NCBI GenBank assembly: GCA_026388655.1
Contig: JAPLJI010000141.1
Span: 5,890 to 69,889, forward strand
Reading direction: 5' to 3'
DNA: 64,000 bases
DNA from: Pseudomonadota bacterium
GTDB taxonomy: Bacteria > Desulfobacterota > JAPLJL01
The position numbers were made by a program, and so were the translations under genes. The notes below the pieces were generated by a model. The model made no database searches. It was not told the origin of the DNA and worked only from the letters and a program-made list of their open reading frames with translations. Positions 36,271 to 45,830 of this stretch are shown one piece after another; position 1 is the first letter of the stretch; every line of letters starts with the position of its first letter.

Positions 36271-38070
36271 ATGAAATTTTTCAAAATATTCATTAAATTT
36301 TCCTGGGTATTTTGGTTTATTTTGATTTTCGGTTGCCAGGGTGAAAAAGCCAAGATGCCATCTCCCGCCGCACCTTCAGACCTCGCGGCCACGGCGGTTT
36401 CGACCACCCAGATTGATCTGGCCTGGCAGGATCATACTGACTACGAGGAAGGCTTTCGGATCGAGCGAAAGACCGGGAGCAGCTCCTACGCGCTGCTCGC
36501 CGAGATCCCGCTGAATACGGTTTCTTATTCGGACAACGGTTTGAACCCGGATGCCGCCTATTCCTACCGGGTTTACGCTTTTAACCAGGCCGGTGATTCC
36601 AATTATTCAAACGAGGTTACCGTCCAGACCCTGAGCAATCTCCCCGGCGCCCCCTCCGGGCTCGTGGCCGAGGCGGTTCCCGGCCACCAGATCAATCTTT
36701 CCTGGTCGGCCGGTTCCAACAATCAAGACGGTTTTGAGATTGAACGCAAAGCGGGAGACACGGGCACTTACGTTTCCCTGGGCATATTGGGAGCCGGTGT
36801 TCTTACTTATTCCGACGTTAATCTTACCCCGGGCGTTGATTATTATTACCGGCTCAGGGCTTTCAACCTTTACGGAAATTCCATTTTTTCCAACGAAGCC
36901 TTCGCCCGGGCTCTCGAGCCGGCCAGCCAGGTCTCGGCGGGAGGATTCCATACCTGCGCCTTATTGCCCGGGGGGAAGGTTCAATGCTGGGGGGATAATT
37001 CCTACGGCCAGCTCGGAAATGGGACCACCACCAGCGTGAATGTCCCGGTCCCGGTTTCGGGCTTGACCGAGGAGGTAGCCGCCATCTCGTCCGGGGATTC
37101 CCATACCTGCGTTTTAACCCACTCCGGCGGAGTTAAATGCTGGGGGCGGAACGATGATGGACAGCTGGGAATGGGAAACAGCACCGGTCCGGAATCATGC
37201 TGGGAAAATATCCCTTGCAGTAAGTCCCCGGTAGACGTGACGGGGCTTGGCTCCGGGGTCGCCGTGGTTTCCGCGGGGATGCGGCACACCTGTGCGGTCA
37301 CCGGGGCGGGAAAGGCCGAATGCTGGGGCTATGACGGCTACGGCCAGCTCGGGGATGGAAACAAAACGGGCCGGAGCGCCGTCCCGGTGGACGTGGCGGG
37401 TTTTGCTTCCGGGGTGACCGGGATTTCCGCCGGGGCCTATCATACCTGCGCGGTAACCAGCGTGGGAGCGGTGAAGTGCTGGGGGTGGAATGATTCGGGG
37501 CAGTTGGGGATCGGAACCAACAATGGCCCGGAATACTGCACCGCCGATCTCAGCTGCAGTTCCACGCCCCTCGGCGTATCCGGACTCACCTCGGGATTTA
37601 CGGCCGTTTCCGCCGGCGGATTGCACTCCTGCGCCTTGAATTGCGAGGGAGGAATTCAGTGCTGGGGGTATAACGGGGACGGGGAACTGGGAGACGACCC
37701 CCAGGACAGCTCGTTGAACTTTAACAGTAACCCGGTCTGGGTATTCTACTTTTCCCATACTGGAGTCAAAGCCATTTCCGCGGGGGCTTACCATACCTGC
37801 GCTTTGACCACCGAAGGAGGTTTGAAATGCTGGGGTACTGGTGAAGCCGGTCAGCTGGGGAATGGAACCACGGTCAGATCGAAGATCCCGGAAGCGGTGA
37901 CCGGATTGGCTTCCGGGGTAATCGGGATTTCTTCCGGGGCCTGGCATACCTGCGCTTTAATCGAAGGAGGATGGGCCAAGTGCTGGGGTAATAACGATTA
38001 CGGACAGCTCGGGGATGGGACCCAGACCCTCAGTGACACCCCTGTAGGCGTGGTTGGGATAGGCCCATGA
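36271..38070 (+). CDS. Secreted lipoprotein with 2 fibronectin type III domains and about 7 RCC1-like beta-propeller repeats
   Basis: Lipobox IFGCQ and two repeats of PSxLxAxAVSxxQIxLxWxD...GFxIERK. A reiterated HTCA(L/V)xxxGxxxCWGxNxxGQLG motif is also present. Confidence 0.75.
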   Translation: MKFFKIFIKFSWVFWFILIFGCQGEKAKMPSPAAPSDLAATAVSTTQIDLAWQDHTDYEEGFRIERKTGSSSYALLAEIPLNTVSYSDNGLNPDAAYSYRVYAFNQAGDSNYSNEVTVQTLSNLPGAPSGLVAEAVPGHQINLSWSAGSNNQDGFEIERKAGDTGTYVSLGILGAGVLTYSDVNLTPGVDYYYRLRAFNLYGNSIFSNEAFARALEPASQVSAGGFHTCALLPGGKVQCWGDNSYGQLGNGTTTSVNVPVPVSGLTEEVAAISSGDSHTCVLTHSGGVKCWGRNDDGQLGMGNSTGPESCWENIPCSKSPVDVTGLGSGVAVVSAGMRHTCAVTGAGKAECWGYDGYGQLGDGNKTGRSAVPVDVAGFASGVTGISAGAYHTCAVTSVGAVKCWGWNDSGQLGIGTNNGPEYCTADLSCSSTPLGVSGLTSGFTAVSAGGLHSCALNCEGGIQCWGYNGDGELGDDPQDSSLNFNSNPVWVFYFSHTGVKAISAGAYHTCALTTEGGLKCWGTGEAGQLGNGTTVRSKIPEAVTGLASGVIGISSGAWHTCALIEGGWAKCWGNNDYGQLGDGTQTLSDTPVGVVGIGP

Positions 38071-38280
38071 GGTTATTGACGCATAGCGAGGAATGATGAA
38101 TTGTCAAGTAATCAAGGGGAATAATCTATTGTTTTTATTTTTCCGAAAAGAGTAAAATATAAGCAATAGGGGTTATTATAAGTCAAAATCACGGTGTTCA
38201 AATTTCTGGTTGGAGGGCAAAGCTATCGCCTTAAATAAAGACCAGAAAAACCAACTTAACCAGCCAGGCGGAGGGAAGTC

Positions 38281-39870
38281 GTGAAGAAATTCGGTCGGTT
38301 TGGCTTCATGGCTTTCGGGATGGTTTTGGTTGGCCTGATCTTTTGCTGGGGAACAGGTTGCTCCAGCGACAAGCCCAAGGACAAGGAAAATATCGCCAAG
38401 GGCAAATCCCTCCTGGCGGAGGGCAAAGGCGACGACGCCCGGGTGATATTCTCCGCGGAACTGAGCGACAATCCGAACAGTTGCGATGGCTTGTACGGAA
38501 GGGTTCTCGCCGATTTCCAGGCCCTTTTAAGGCTGACCAACGACCTCCTGGCCGCCGGGGCCGGACTGTTGGTGGGGGGGATCGAACCGAAAATGGTGGT
38601 GGATGCCTACCCCTACCTTGACTCCTTCCTGGATCCGTTCCGGAAAATTTTTATCGAGATGGAGGCGGATACCGACCGGATCGCGGAACTCAATTGCACC
38701 TTTTTTACCGACTCTTATAAAATCCTGCTGACTACCGAGGGAGAAGACCCCGTCCTGAACGTCGTGCTTTCGGGGGAATGGTCCAAGGTTGAAGCCCTGT
38801 TTATCGGGGGCCAGCTCCACATGATTCTGGGCCTGATCGATTACATCTCCGCCCATAACCTGATGGTGGATCTGGACAGTCTCCTGAATATGGTCCAGTT
38901 CGACGTCCAGGGAAGCAAGTTTATCTTCCAGGCGCGCTCCCTGGGAGGATTTATCCAGGTCAATCCTTATTTTCTGGGCCAGAGCGAGAACCGCTGGGAA
39001 ATGATGGGAAAGGTGGACGATGAATGGGCGGAAGGGCTGGCGGAGTACTCCGGGATGCTCGAGGCGCTTGAGTCGGAGAAAGATGATCCTTCCGATGATA
39101 TCGTGGGATTTATCGATAATGATAATAACGGTTTCAGCGCGGGTGATGAAATCACCCTGGGAACCGAACGGGTCAGCACCGTGGGCGGTTCCACCTTCCT
39201 GGGACGGATCAGGGTTCTGGTCCCGGATTATGTCTCCCGCGATGTTATCCTGAGCTTGAAGGGCTTTCTGGATAAAGCCCGGGCGGCCCTGGAAGCCGTG
39301 GACGGCGGGGGCCCGGCGGAGCGGATCGTGCTGGCGGATCTCAACCCGGTGCTGGAGGTTTTTTACCGGGAGATCGGGGCTGCGCTTTCCTTCACTCCGA
39401 CCCAAACCTTTCCGGATGTAATCCAGCTGGACCTCAAGGCCTTTTTCACCGATCCCAAGCCGCTCCGGAATTTTCTACCGGCGATCTCGGAGGTGCGGAG
39501 CGGGGTTTACGAATTCATGATCGAAGGCGAGGCGGCTCCGGGCGCGGGTTGCCCTTCGGAATGTATGGCCGACGGGGTGACGATCGTGGTGGGGGATGCC
39601 ACCCATTTCCAGGATGGCTACCTGATCCCGGCCGATTGTATTACCGCGGAGGCGGACGGAATTATTAACCCGATTCCTTATATCGCTTTTACTGATCCGA
39701 CTTTTAACGGACTGCTCTGGGTCAACCTGGAACCGATTGATGATAACGTGGGTTCCTGCCCGGCCGACCCGGCCGGGTACCAGACCGCAAACCGGTATTC
39801 TTTAAACAAGTTGATCGCCGGTCTGATCGTGGGGAAAATTCAGATCCCTGATTTCGGGATTTTTTTCTAA
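38281..39870 (+). CDS. Hypothetical lipoprotein (GTG start)
   Basis: Signal and lipobox (LIFCWGTGCSSD) and a GGAGGGA RBS. No domain recognised. Confidence 0.5.
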   Translation: MKKFGRFGFMAFGMVLVGLIFCWGTGCSSDKPKDKENIAKGKSLLAEGKGDDARVIFSAELSDNPNSCDGLYGRVLADFQALLRLTNDLLAAGAGLLVGGIEPKMVVDAYPYLDSFLDPFRKIFIEMEADTDRIAELNCTFFTDSYKILLTTEGEDPVLNVVLSGEWSKVEALFIGGQLHMILGLIDYISAHNLMVDLDSLLNMVQFDVQGSKFIFQARSLGGFIQVNPYFLGQSENRWEMMGKVDDEWAEGLAEYSGMLEALESEKDDPSDDIVGFIDNDNNGFSAGDEITLGTERVSTVGGSTFLGRIRVLVPDYVSRDVILSLKGFLDKARAALEAVDGGGPAERIVLADLNPVLEVFYREIGAALSFTPTQTFPDVIQLDLKAFFTDPKPLRNFLPAISEVRSGVYEFMIEGEAAPGAGCPSECMADGVTIVVGDATHFQDGYLIPADCITAEADGIINPIPYIAFTDPTFNGLLWVNLEPIDDNVGSCPADPAGYQTANRYSLNKLIAGLIVGKIQIPDFGIFF

Positions 39871-40097
39871 GGCCTGGTCCGGGGGGCAGAAAAGATTCCT
39901 TCTGGATCAACTTTTCCGGTTAAAAAAAGAGAGCGGCATGAAAACGCCAAGATTAATTAAGGCCCTGGTCTGGGTAGGGGCAGCGGTTACCATTTTCGGT
40001 TTTCCGGGCACCCTCCAGAAATACCCCCGGGATTTGATGCAAAAGATAGTTAACAGCCTGAGGGAATCCCGGGCCAGGTAACTTCCCCCGCGGCCAG

Positions 40098-40892
40098 ATG
40101 ATCCGGATTGGCACCTCGGGCTACAGCTACGCGGACTGGCGCGGATTTTTTTATCCTCCCCAACTGGCCGAAAAGGATTTCCTGGAATATTACTCCCGCC
40201 AATTCAACGTCTGCGAGCTGAATTTTACCTATTACCAGATCCCCAGCACCAAAACCTTTGACCGGATGATTGAGAAATCCGGGGGAAAGGTTGAGTTTGT
40301 CGCTAAAGCTCACCAATCCATCACCCACAGCCGGGACGCTGGGATCGAGGGAATCACCCGTTTCGGGAAATCGCTGGAGCCGCTCTGGCGGGCCAAGTTG
40401 CTGGGGGGAATTCTTTTCCAGTTTCCCTTTTCTTTCAGGTCCGACAAGATCAACTACGAGTACGTGCGGAGGCTCCGGGATTCTTTTGCCGATCTTCCCC
40501 TGGTGGCGGAATTCCGGAAACGCTCCTGGATCAAGGAGAGAACCTTTGATTTTCTCCGGGAGATCAATATCGGGTTCTGCAACGTGGATGAACCCCAGTT
40601 GCCGGGATTGATGCCGCCTACGGCGGAGGCCACTTCCGAAATCGGGTATTTCCGCTTCCACGGCCGGAATAAGGCCAAGTGGTGGGAGCACGAGGATCAG
40701 GCCGAGCGTTATGATTATCTATATGCCGAGGAGGAGTTGCGGGAGTGGGTACCCCGGATTCGGAGCGTGGAATCGAAAACCAAAATAACATATGTTTTTA
40801 CCAATAATCATTTCCAGGCCAAGGCGGTAACCAACGCTGGGATGTTGAAGGACCTGTTGAAAAAAGAGGAAAAAGAAGAGCCAGAGAAATAA
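40098..40892 (+). CDS. DUF72 (UPF0759) family protein
   Basis: IRIGTSGYSYADWRGFFYP, FNVCELNFTYY, FQFPFSF and FRFHGRN. Confidence 0.8.
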   Translation: MIRIGTSGYSYADWRGFFYPPQLAEKDFLEYYSRQFNVCELNFTYYQIPSTKTFDRMIEKSGGKVEFVAKAHQSITHSRDAGIEGITRFGKSLEPLWRAKLLGGILFQFPFSFRSDKINYEYVRRLRDSFADLPLVAEFRKRSWIKERTFDFLREINIGFCNVDEPQLPGLMPPTAEATSEIGYFRFHGRNKAKWWEHEDQAERYDYLYAEEELREWVPRIRSVESKTKITYVFTNNHFQAKAVTNAGMLKDLLKKEEKEEPEK

Positions 40893-40985
40893 ATTTCATT
40901 CAAACCAACAGGTTTTTTATCTTGAGTGAGAGTTCCGAGTTCTATCATTACTGTGTAAACAGGAATCTAGAACTTATTGATTTTT

Positions 40986-41013
40986 CTGGATTCCGGATCA
41001 AGTCCGGAATGAC
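40986..41013. repeat. REP1 hairpin
   Basis: ctggattccggatcaagtccggaatgac. Confidence 0.75.
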
Positions 41014-41064
41014 AATCAAAGGAAAAGGGTTTCCGACGCATTACCCGAGCGGGATTAATTAATC

Positions 41065-41718
41065 ATGGGAAAAAAGCCTAAATCCAAAAAGAAAACCTCG
41101 GGGAAAATCTGGATCCTGGTTCTGATCCTGGCTCTGGGTTTTTGCGCTTGGGTTTACTGGGGGAATATCCCGGAACGCCCCCGGCCGGTTTCACCCCCAG
41201 CCCGGCCGCAGGCGGTTGCCCCGGGTGGAGGTGGGCAAACCGGGATGGTACCGGGCGGGGTAAAATCTTCCCTGCCGGCGGGAAAACCAACCCGGTCTGT
41301 GGCGGGAAAAATAAATCCCGCTGATAACGAGGAACAATCCTTAATGGAAAAAATCCAGCGCAGCGAAGCGGCGGGGAGGATGGAGGAAGCGGCCCGGTCC
41401 CGGTTTGAACTTTCGGATTTGTATCTGCAAAAAGCCCTCTGGGAGTGGACCGAGTTCGGGCGGAAAGAACCGGACCCGGATTTGATCCGCGGGGCCCGGG
41501 GGGAACTTGACGAGGTGATCCGCCGGCGGCCGGGAACCGAGCTGGCGGCGGAGGCCCAGCTCCGGCGGGCGAAGATTTATCAAAATGGCTTGAGCGGTCT
41601 CTGGGATCAAGCCCATCGGAAGGAGGCCCGGGAGGAGTTGAACAAGGTCCTGGAGGCTTATCCTCGCAGTTCCGCCGCCCGGGAGGCCAGGGAAATGCTG
41701 GCCAATCTGGGAAAGTGA
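41065..41718 (+). CDS. Membrane-anchored hypothetical protein with Pro-rich linker and helical (TPR-like) C-terminal region
   Basis: A basic N-terminus and one TM segment (IWILVLILALGFCAWVYW), with a C-terminus resembling YbgF/BamD-type helical repeats. No firm family call. Confidence 0.4.
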   Translation: MGKKPKSKKKTSGKIWILVLILALGFCAWVYWGNIPERPRPVSPPARPQAVAPGGGGQTGMVPGGVKSSLPAGKPTRSVAGKINPADNEEQSLMEKIQRSEAAGRMEEAARSRFELSDLYLQKALWEWTEFGRKEPDPDLIRGARGELDEVIRRRPGTELAAEAQLRRAKIYQNGLSGLWDQAHRKEAREELNKVLEAYPRSSAAREAREMLANLGK

Positions 41719-42338
41719 GAAGTATTTTGCAGATCGAGGTCGAACGCAAAGCCTGGGTTCCGGATCCGGAAAAACTCGAAAGGGAGATCCGGAAGATCGC
41801 CCGGCCGGGAAAAACCGGGCGCAAAGCCGATTTTTATTATGCCCCCGCCGGGGATCGGGACCCGATCAAGAACTGTTTCCGGATCAGGCTGGAAGGGGGC
41901 AAATCCTGGGTGACCTTCAAGGATAAAAAAATCCTGCGCCAGAGCGAGATCAACCGGGAAACGGAAGTGCCGATCAAGAATCCCGCCCTTTGGGCCGGGC
42001 TTTTCGAAAGTGTCGGTTTCCGGATGTTTGTCCGGAAAGAGAAGCATTCCCGAATCTATCGGCACCGGCAGGACCCGGAAATCACCATTGAGCTCAACCG
42101 GGTTTCCGACCTGGGGAACTTCATCGAGGTGGAGATTCTCTGCCGGGAGAAAAGGGAAGCGCCGCAGGCCCTCCGGAAGATCGAAAAGGTTTTCCGGGAT
42201 CTCGGGATCGGCCGCCGGGAGGTAGAACCGCGGCTTTATATTGAAATCCTTTGGGAAAAGATGAAAGGAAAAAGATACAGGTTCCAGCCGCGCGCCCGGG
42301 GCCTGGAAAGGGCCTATTCCTTGCCTGCGCGTGATTGA
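41715..42338 (+). CDS. CYTH-domain protein (class IV adenylate cyclase / triphosphatase family)
   Basis: N-terminal ExExK signature (IEVERKAW) and beta-rich repeats ending IELNRVSDLGNFIEVEI. The start is uncertain (GTG 41715 or TTG 41727). Confidence 0.65.
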   Translation: MRSILQIEVERKAWVPDPEKLEREIRKIARPGKTGRKADFYYAPAGDRDPIKNCFRIRLEGGKSWVTFKDKKILRQSEINRETEVPIKNPALWAGLFESVGFRMFVRKEKHSRIYRHRQDPEITIELNRVSDLGNFIEVEILCREKREAPQALRKIEKVFRDLGIGRREVEPRLYIEILWEKMKGKRYRFQPRARGLERAYSLPARD

Positions 42339-42396
42339 CAGGCCGGGGGGATCGGCATTACTTTTGAAAGGTTTTTAGGGTGTTGGAAATGTTCAT

Positions 42397-42472
42397 GGCG
42401 GTGTAGCTCAGTCGGTAGAGCAAGCGGCTCATATCCGCTAGGTCGGGGGTTCAAGTCCCTCCACCGCCACCA
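42397..42472 (+). tRNA. tRNA with CAT anticodon (elongator Met or lysidine-dependent Ile2), CCA encoded
   Basis: Cloverleaf by eye: acceptor GGCGGTG/CACCGCC, D arm GCTC-AGTCGGT-AGAGC. The anticodon arm is AGCGG-CTCATAT-CCGCT and the T arm GGGGG-TTCAAGT-CCCTC. It lacks initiator features (no 1:72 mismatch, no GGG/CCC anticodon stem). Confidence 0.85.
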
Positions 42473-42564
42473 TTATTAAATCCCAAATCATAAATTCCAA
42501 GCTCCAAATCCCAAACAAACAACAAATTTTTAGTTCAAAATAAATTCCATTCTGAAGGCCGCAG

Positions 42565-43611
42565 GTGAGGGAAAACAAAAAAAGCCGTATTTTTCTAAGG
42601 AAGGTCGCGGAAACCATCCGGAAATATCAAATGATTGAACCCCAGGACCGGGTTCTGGCGGCCGTTTCCGGGGGGCCGGATTCCACGGCCCTGCTCCTGG
42701 CGCTCCGGGAGCTCCGGGAACGCCTGGGTTTTGAACTGGCCGTGGCTTGCTTCCACCACGGTCTCCGGAAGGAAGCCGGCCGCGAGTTGGAATGGGTCCG
42801 AAAAAAATCCCTGAGCCTGGGAGTGCCTTTTTTCGCCGGGAAAGCGGGAAAAGATTTAAAGAAGAAGGATTCCCGTTCCCCGCAGGAAAGGGCCCGCCGG
42901 GCCCGGTATGATTTCCTGGGGAAAATCGCCGGGGAAAACGGGTTCAACCGGATCGCGCTCGGTCATACCGCTACCGACCAGTCCGAAACAGTCTTGTTGG
43001 AAATCATCCGGGGAACGGGACGATCCGGTCTCGCCGGTATTCCCCCCCGGCGTCCCTTAAGCCCAAAATCCGGAAACTCCATCATGGTGATCCGCCCCCT
43101 GCTGGAGAGAACCCGGGAAGAGATCGTCGGATACCTCCGGGAAAAGAAGACCAACTGGCAGGAAGACCGGTCCAACCGGGATCCTAAGTACCTTCGCAAC
43201 CGGATCCGGGGGAGGATTATGCCGGTGATTCGAAAGGAGGTTGCTCCCCACCTCGATAAAATGGTTCTCCGGCTTTCGGAGATTTTAAGGGATGAAGAGG
43301 AATTTCTGGAGACCTTGGCCCAGGAAGCTTTTAAAAAATGCCGATTGGCTGAAGATAAAGGCATTGGTTTGTCAGTAGCAATGCTTGGGAGCCTGCCTCC
43401 GGCGATTCGCCGGAGGGTTTTACGTTTAGCCATTTCCAAGGTTAAGGAGAATCTGCCACCCCCGGGCTGGGAGGTTCTCCGCGAGCTGGAGGTAGTTTTG
43501 GGTCCGGGAAGACCGACCCGCCGGCTTTCACTTCCGGGCGGAGTGCGGGCGGAGCGGGTTTGCGATCGACTGAGAATTACCCCCGGGGGTCAAAAGCGAA
43601 GAAATCGATAA
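42565..43611 (+). CDS. tilS: tRNA(Ile)-lysidine synthetase
   Basis: PP-loop AAVSGGPDSTALL, ALGHTATDQSET, and the classical position upstream of ftsH. Confidence 0.85.
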   Translation: MRENKKSRIFLRKVAETIRKYQMIEPQDRVLAAVSGGPDSTALLLALRELRERLGFELAVACFHHGLRKEAGRELEWVRKKSLSLGVPFFAGKAGKDLKKKDSRSPQERARRARYDFLGKIAGENGFNRIALGHTATDQSETVLLEIIRGTGRSGLAGIPPRRPLSPKSGNSIMVIRPLLERTREEIVGYLREKKTNWQEDRSNRDPKYLRNRIRGRIMPVIRKEVAPHLDKMVLRLSEILRDEEEFLETLAQEAFKKCRLAEDKGIGLSVAMLGSLPPAIRRRVLRLAISKVKENLPPPGWEVLRELEVVLGPGRPTRRLSLPGGVRAERVCDRLRITPGGQKRRNR

Positions 43612-43613
43612 AG

Positions 43614-43808
43614 GGAATTGACGATTGACGATTTACGAATGACGAGTGAAAAACCAAGAAATTGACGAATGACGATTGACGAATGACGAGTGAAAAACCA
43701 AGAAATTGACGATTGACGAATGACGAATGACGAGTGAAAAACCAAGAAATTGACGAATGACGATTGACGAATGACGAATGGGGAAAAAATAATCGTCAAT
43801 CGTCAATT
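43614..43808. repeat. Tandem repeat, 44-nt unit x about 3.9 (built from TGACGAA/TGACGAT heptamers), ending with an inverted copy of its first 18 nt
   Basis: Units lie at 43614-43657, 43658-43701, 43702-43745 and 43746-about 43783. aatcgtcaatcgtcaatt at 43790-43808 is the reverse complement of aattgacgattgacgatt. Confidence 0.85.
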
Positions 43809-43868
43809 AGCAGCCTTGCTGACAGACGGAAGATTGAAGTTTGGGAAAACATTTCCTATTATTCAAGT

Positions 43869-45830
43869 ATGAAAAATATCTCGAAAAATTTAATGCTCTG
43901 GGCGATTATCATCCTGACCATGATCGTGCTGTTCAATCTCTTCCGCCAGGAAAAGAAAAAAGTAACGGAGCTGAAATATTCCGAGTTTATCAGTTCGGTC
44001 GAGCTGGGGAAGATCACCGAGGTGACCATCGACGGCCGCCGGATCAAGGGTACCCTCGGGGACGAGCCTTTCACCGTGATCGACCCGGGAGACCAGGATT
44101 TGATTCGCTTCCTGAAGGAGAAAAAGGTCCAGATCAGCGCCAAGATTACGGACGAGAACTGGACCTGGAAGGGGTTCCTGATCACCTGGATACCTTTCCT
44201 TTTGATCATTGTTCTCTGGGTAGTAATTTACCGGCAGATCCAGACCGGGGGAGGCAAGGCCCTTTCCTTCGGGAAGAGCCGGGCCCGGCTCCTGACCGAG
44301 AGCCAGCACAAGGTGACCTTCAAGGACGTGGCCGGGATTGACGAGGCCAAAAACGAACTGGAAGAGATTATCGAGTTCCTGCGCGATCCCCAGAAATTCA
44401 CCCGCCTGGGGGGAAGAATTCCCAAGGGGGTTTTGCTGGTCGGCCCCCCCGGAACGGGGAAAACCCTCCTGGCCCGGGCGATTGCCGGAGAGGCCGAGGT
44501 GCCTTTCTTTTCCATTTCCGGCTCCGATTTCGTCGAGATGTTTGTCGGGGTCGGGGCCTCCCGGGTGCGGGATCTTTTCAACCAGGGGAAAAAGCACGCC
44601 CCCTGCATCATTTTCATCGACGAGATTGACGCGGTGGGGAGGCAAAGGGGCGCCGGGCTGGGAGGAGGCCACGACGAGCGGGAACAGACCCTGAACCAGC
44701 TCCTGGTGGAGATGGACGGGTTTGAGTCCAATGAAGGGGTGATCCTGATTTCGGCCACCAACCGTCCGGATGTGCTGGACCCGGCCCTGCTGCGCCCGGG
44801 CCGGTTTGACCGCCGGGTGGTGGTGCACCGTCCGGATCTGAATGGGCGGGTGGGAATCTTGAAAGTGCACACGCGCAAAACCCCTCTTGCCGATGATGTC
44901 AACCTGGAAACCATTGGCCGGGGAACCCCCGGTTTTTCCGGGGCGGATCTGGAGAACTTGGTCAACGAGGCGGCCCTCCTGGCGGCGCGGAAAAACCAGG
45001 ATAACCTGAAGATGCCCGATTTTGAAGAAGCCAAGGACAAGGTCTTGATGGGTGTGGAACGAAAATCCATGATCATCAACGAAGAGGAGAAGCGCCTGAC
45101 CGCTTATCACGAGTCGGGGCATACCCTGGCGGCCAAGCTCACCCCGGGGGCGGATCCGATTCATAAGGTGACCATCGTCCCCCGGGGGATGTCCCTGGGG
45201 GTGACCCAGCAACTCCCCATCGACGACCGCCATAATTACACCCGGGATTATCTGCTCGCGATGGTCACGGTCCTGCTCGGGGGCAGGGCGGCGGAGGAAA
45301 TCGTACTCGGTTCGATCACCACCGGGGCCGGCAACGACCTGGAGCGCGCCACCGAAATCGCCCGCAAAATGGTCTGCGAATGGGGGATGAGCGAAAAACT
45401 CGGGCCCCTGACCTACGGGAGAAAGGACGAACTGATCTTTTTAGGGCGGGATTTCGTCCAGTCCAAGGACTACAGCGACACTACCGCCCGGCTGATTGAC
45501 CAGGAAGTCAAGCGCATCGTTTCGGAATGCCATGAACGGGCCCGATCGATTATCCAGGCCAACCGGGAGACCCTGGAGCGCCTGGCCACCGCCCTTCTGA
45601 AAAAAGAGGTGTTGGACGGGCCGGAGATCGAGGAGATCATCCAGGGGAAAAATAGCGTCCCCGATTCCGGCGGCGACCAGAAAACGAATCGGCCCCGCCG
45701 GTTTGAAGCGGTTTCTGAACGAGGGGCGAGAAGGTATTGCCAGTTATTGATCGCAAAAAATAAAAAAGCAAATATTTTGGGGGCACGGCCGAATGTGCCC
45801 CTATTTTTTTATGAAGCGGATTTGTTTTAA
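43869..45830 (+). CDS. ftsH: ATP-dependent zinc metalloprotease FtsH
   Basis: Two TM segments, [27 protein letters not shown] region and HESGHTL zinc site. The start was chosen at [16 protein letters not shown]. The last 40 codons or so run through AT-rich, intergenic-looking DNA and a terminator-like hairpin. Confidence 0.9.
   Translation: MKNISKNLMLWAIIILTMIVLFNLFRQEKKKVTELKYSEFISSVELGKITEVTIDGRRIKGTLGDEPFTVIDPGDQDLIRFLKEKKVQISAKITDENWTWKGFLITWIPFLLIIVLWVVIYRQIQTGGGKALSFGKSRARLLTESQHKVTFKDVAGIDEAKNELEEIIEFLRDPQKFTRLGGRIPKGVLLVGPPGTGKTLLARAIAGEAEVPFFSISGSDFVEMFVGVGASRVRDLFNQGKKHAPCIIFIDEIDAVGRQRGAGLGGGHDEREQTLNQLLVEMDGFESNEGVILISATNRPDVLDPALLRPGRFDRRVVVHRPDLNGRVGILKVHTRKTPLADDVNLETIGRGTPGFSGADLENLVNEAALLAARKNQDNLKMPDFEEAKDKVLMGVERKSMIINEEEKRLTAYHESGHTLAAKLTPGADPIHKVTIVPRGMSLGVTQQLPIDDRHNYTRDYLLAMVTVLLGGRAAEEIVLGSITTGAGNDLERATEIARKMVCEWGMSEKLGPLTYGRKDELIFLGRDFVQSKDYSDTTARLIDQEVKRIVSECHERARSIIQANRETLERLATALLKKEVLDGPEIEEIIQGKNSVPDSGGDQKTNRPRRFEAVSERGARRYCQLLIAKNKKANILGARPNVPLFFYEADLF
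45780..45810 (+). terminator. Terminator-like hairpin plus T-run lying inside the ftsH 3-prime tail, immediately before the folP ATG
   Basis: GGGGCAC-ggccgaat-GTGCCCC followed by tattttttt. Confidence 0.45.

Noticed and set aside
39938-40081. A 47-codon ORF (MKTPRLIKALVWVGAAVTIFGFPG...) between the orphan lipoprotein gene and the DUF72 gene.
   Set aside because: It has one plausible TM segment but a weak RBS and no family signal. The evidence is insufficient to call it a gene.
43614-43808. The regular direct repeats between tilS and ftsH could be mistaken for a CRISPR array.
   Set aside because: The units are contiguous 44-nt tandem copies with no unique spacers between them, and there are no cas genes nearby. 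It was classified as a tandem repeat.
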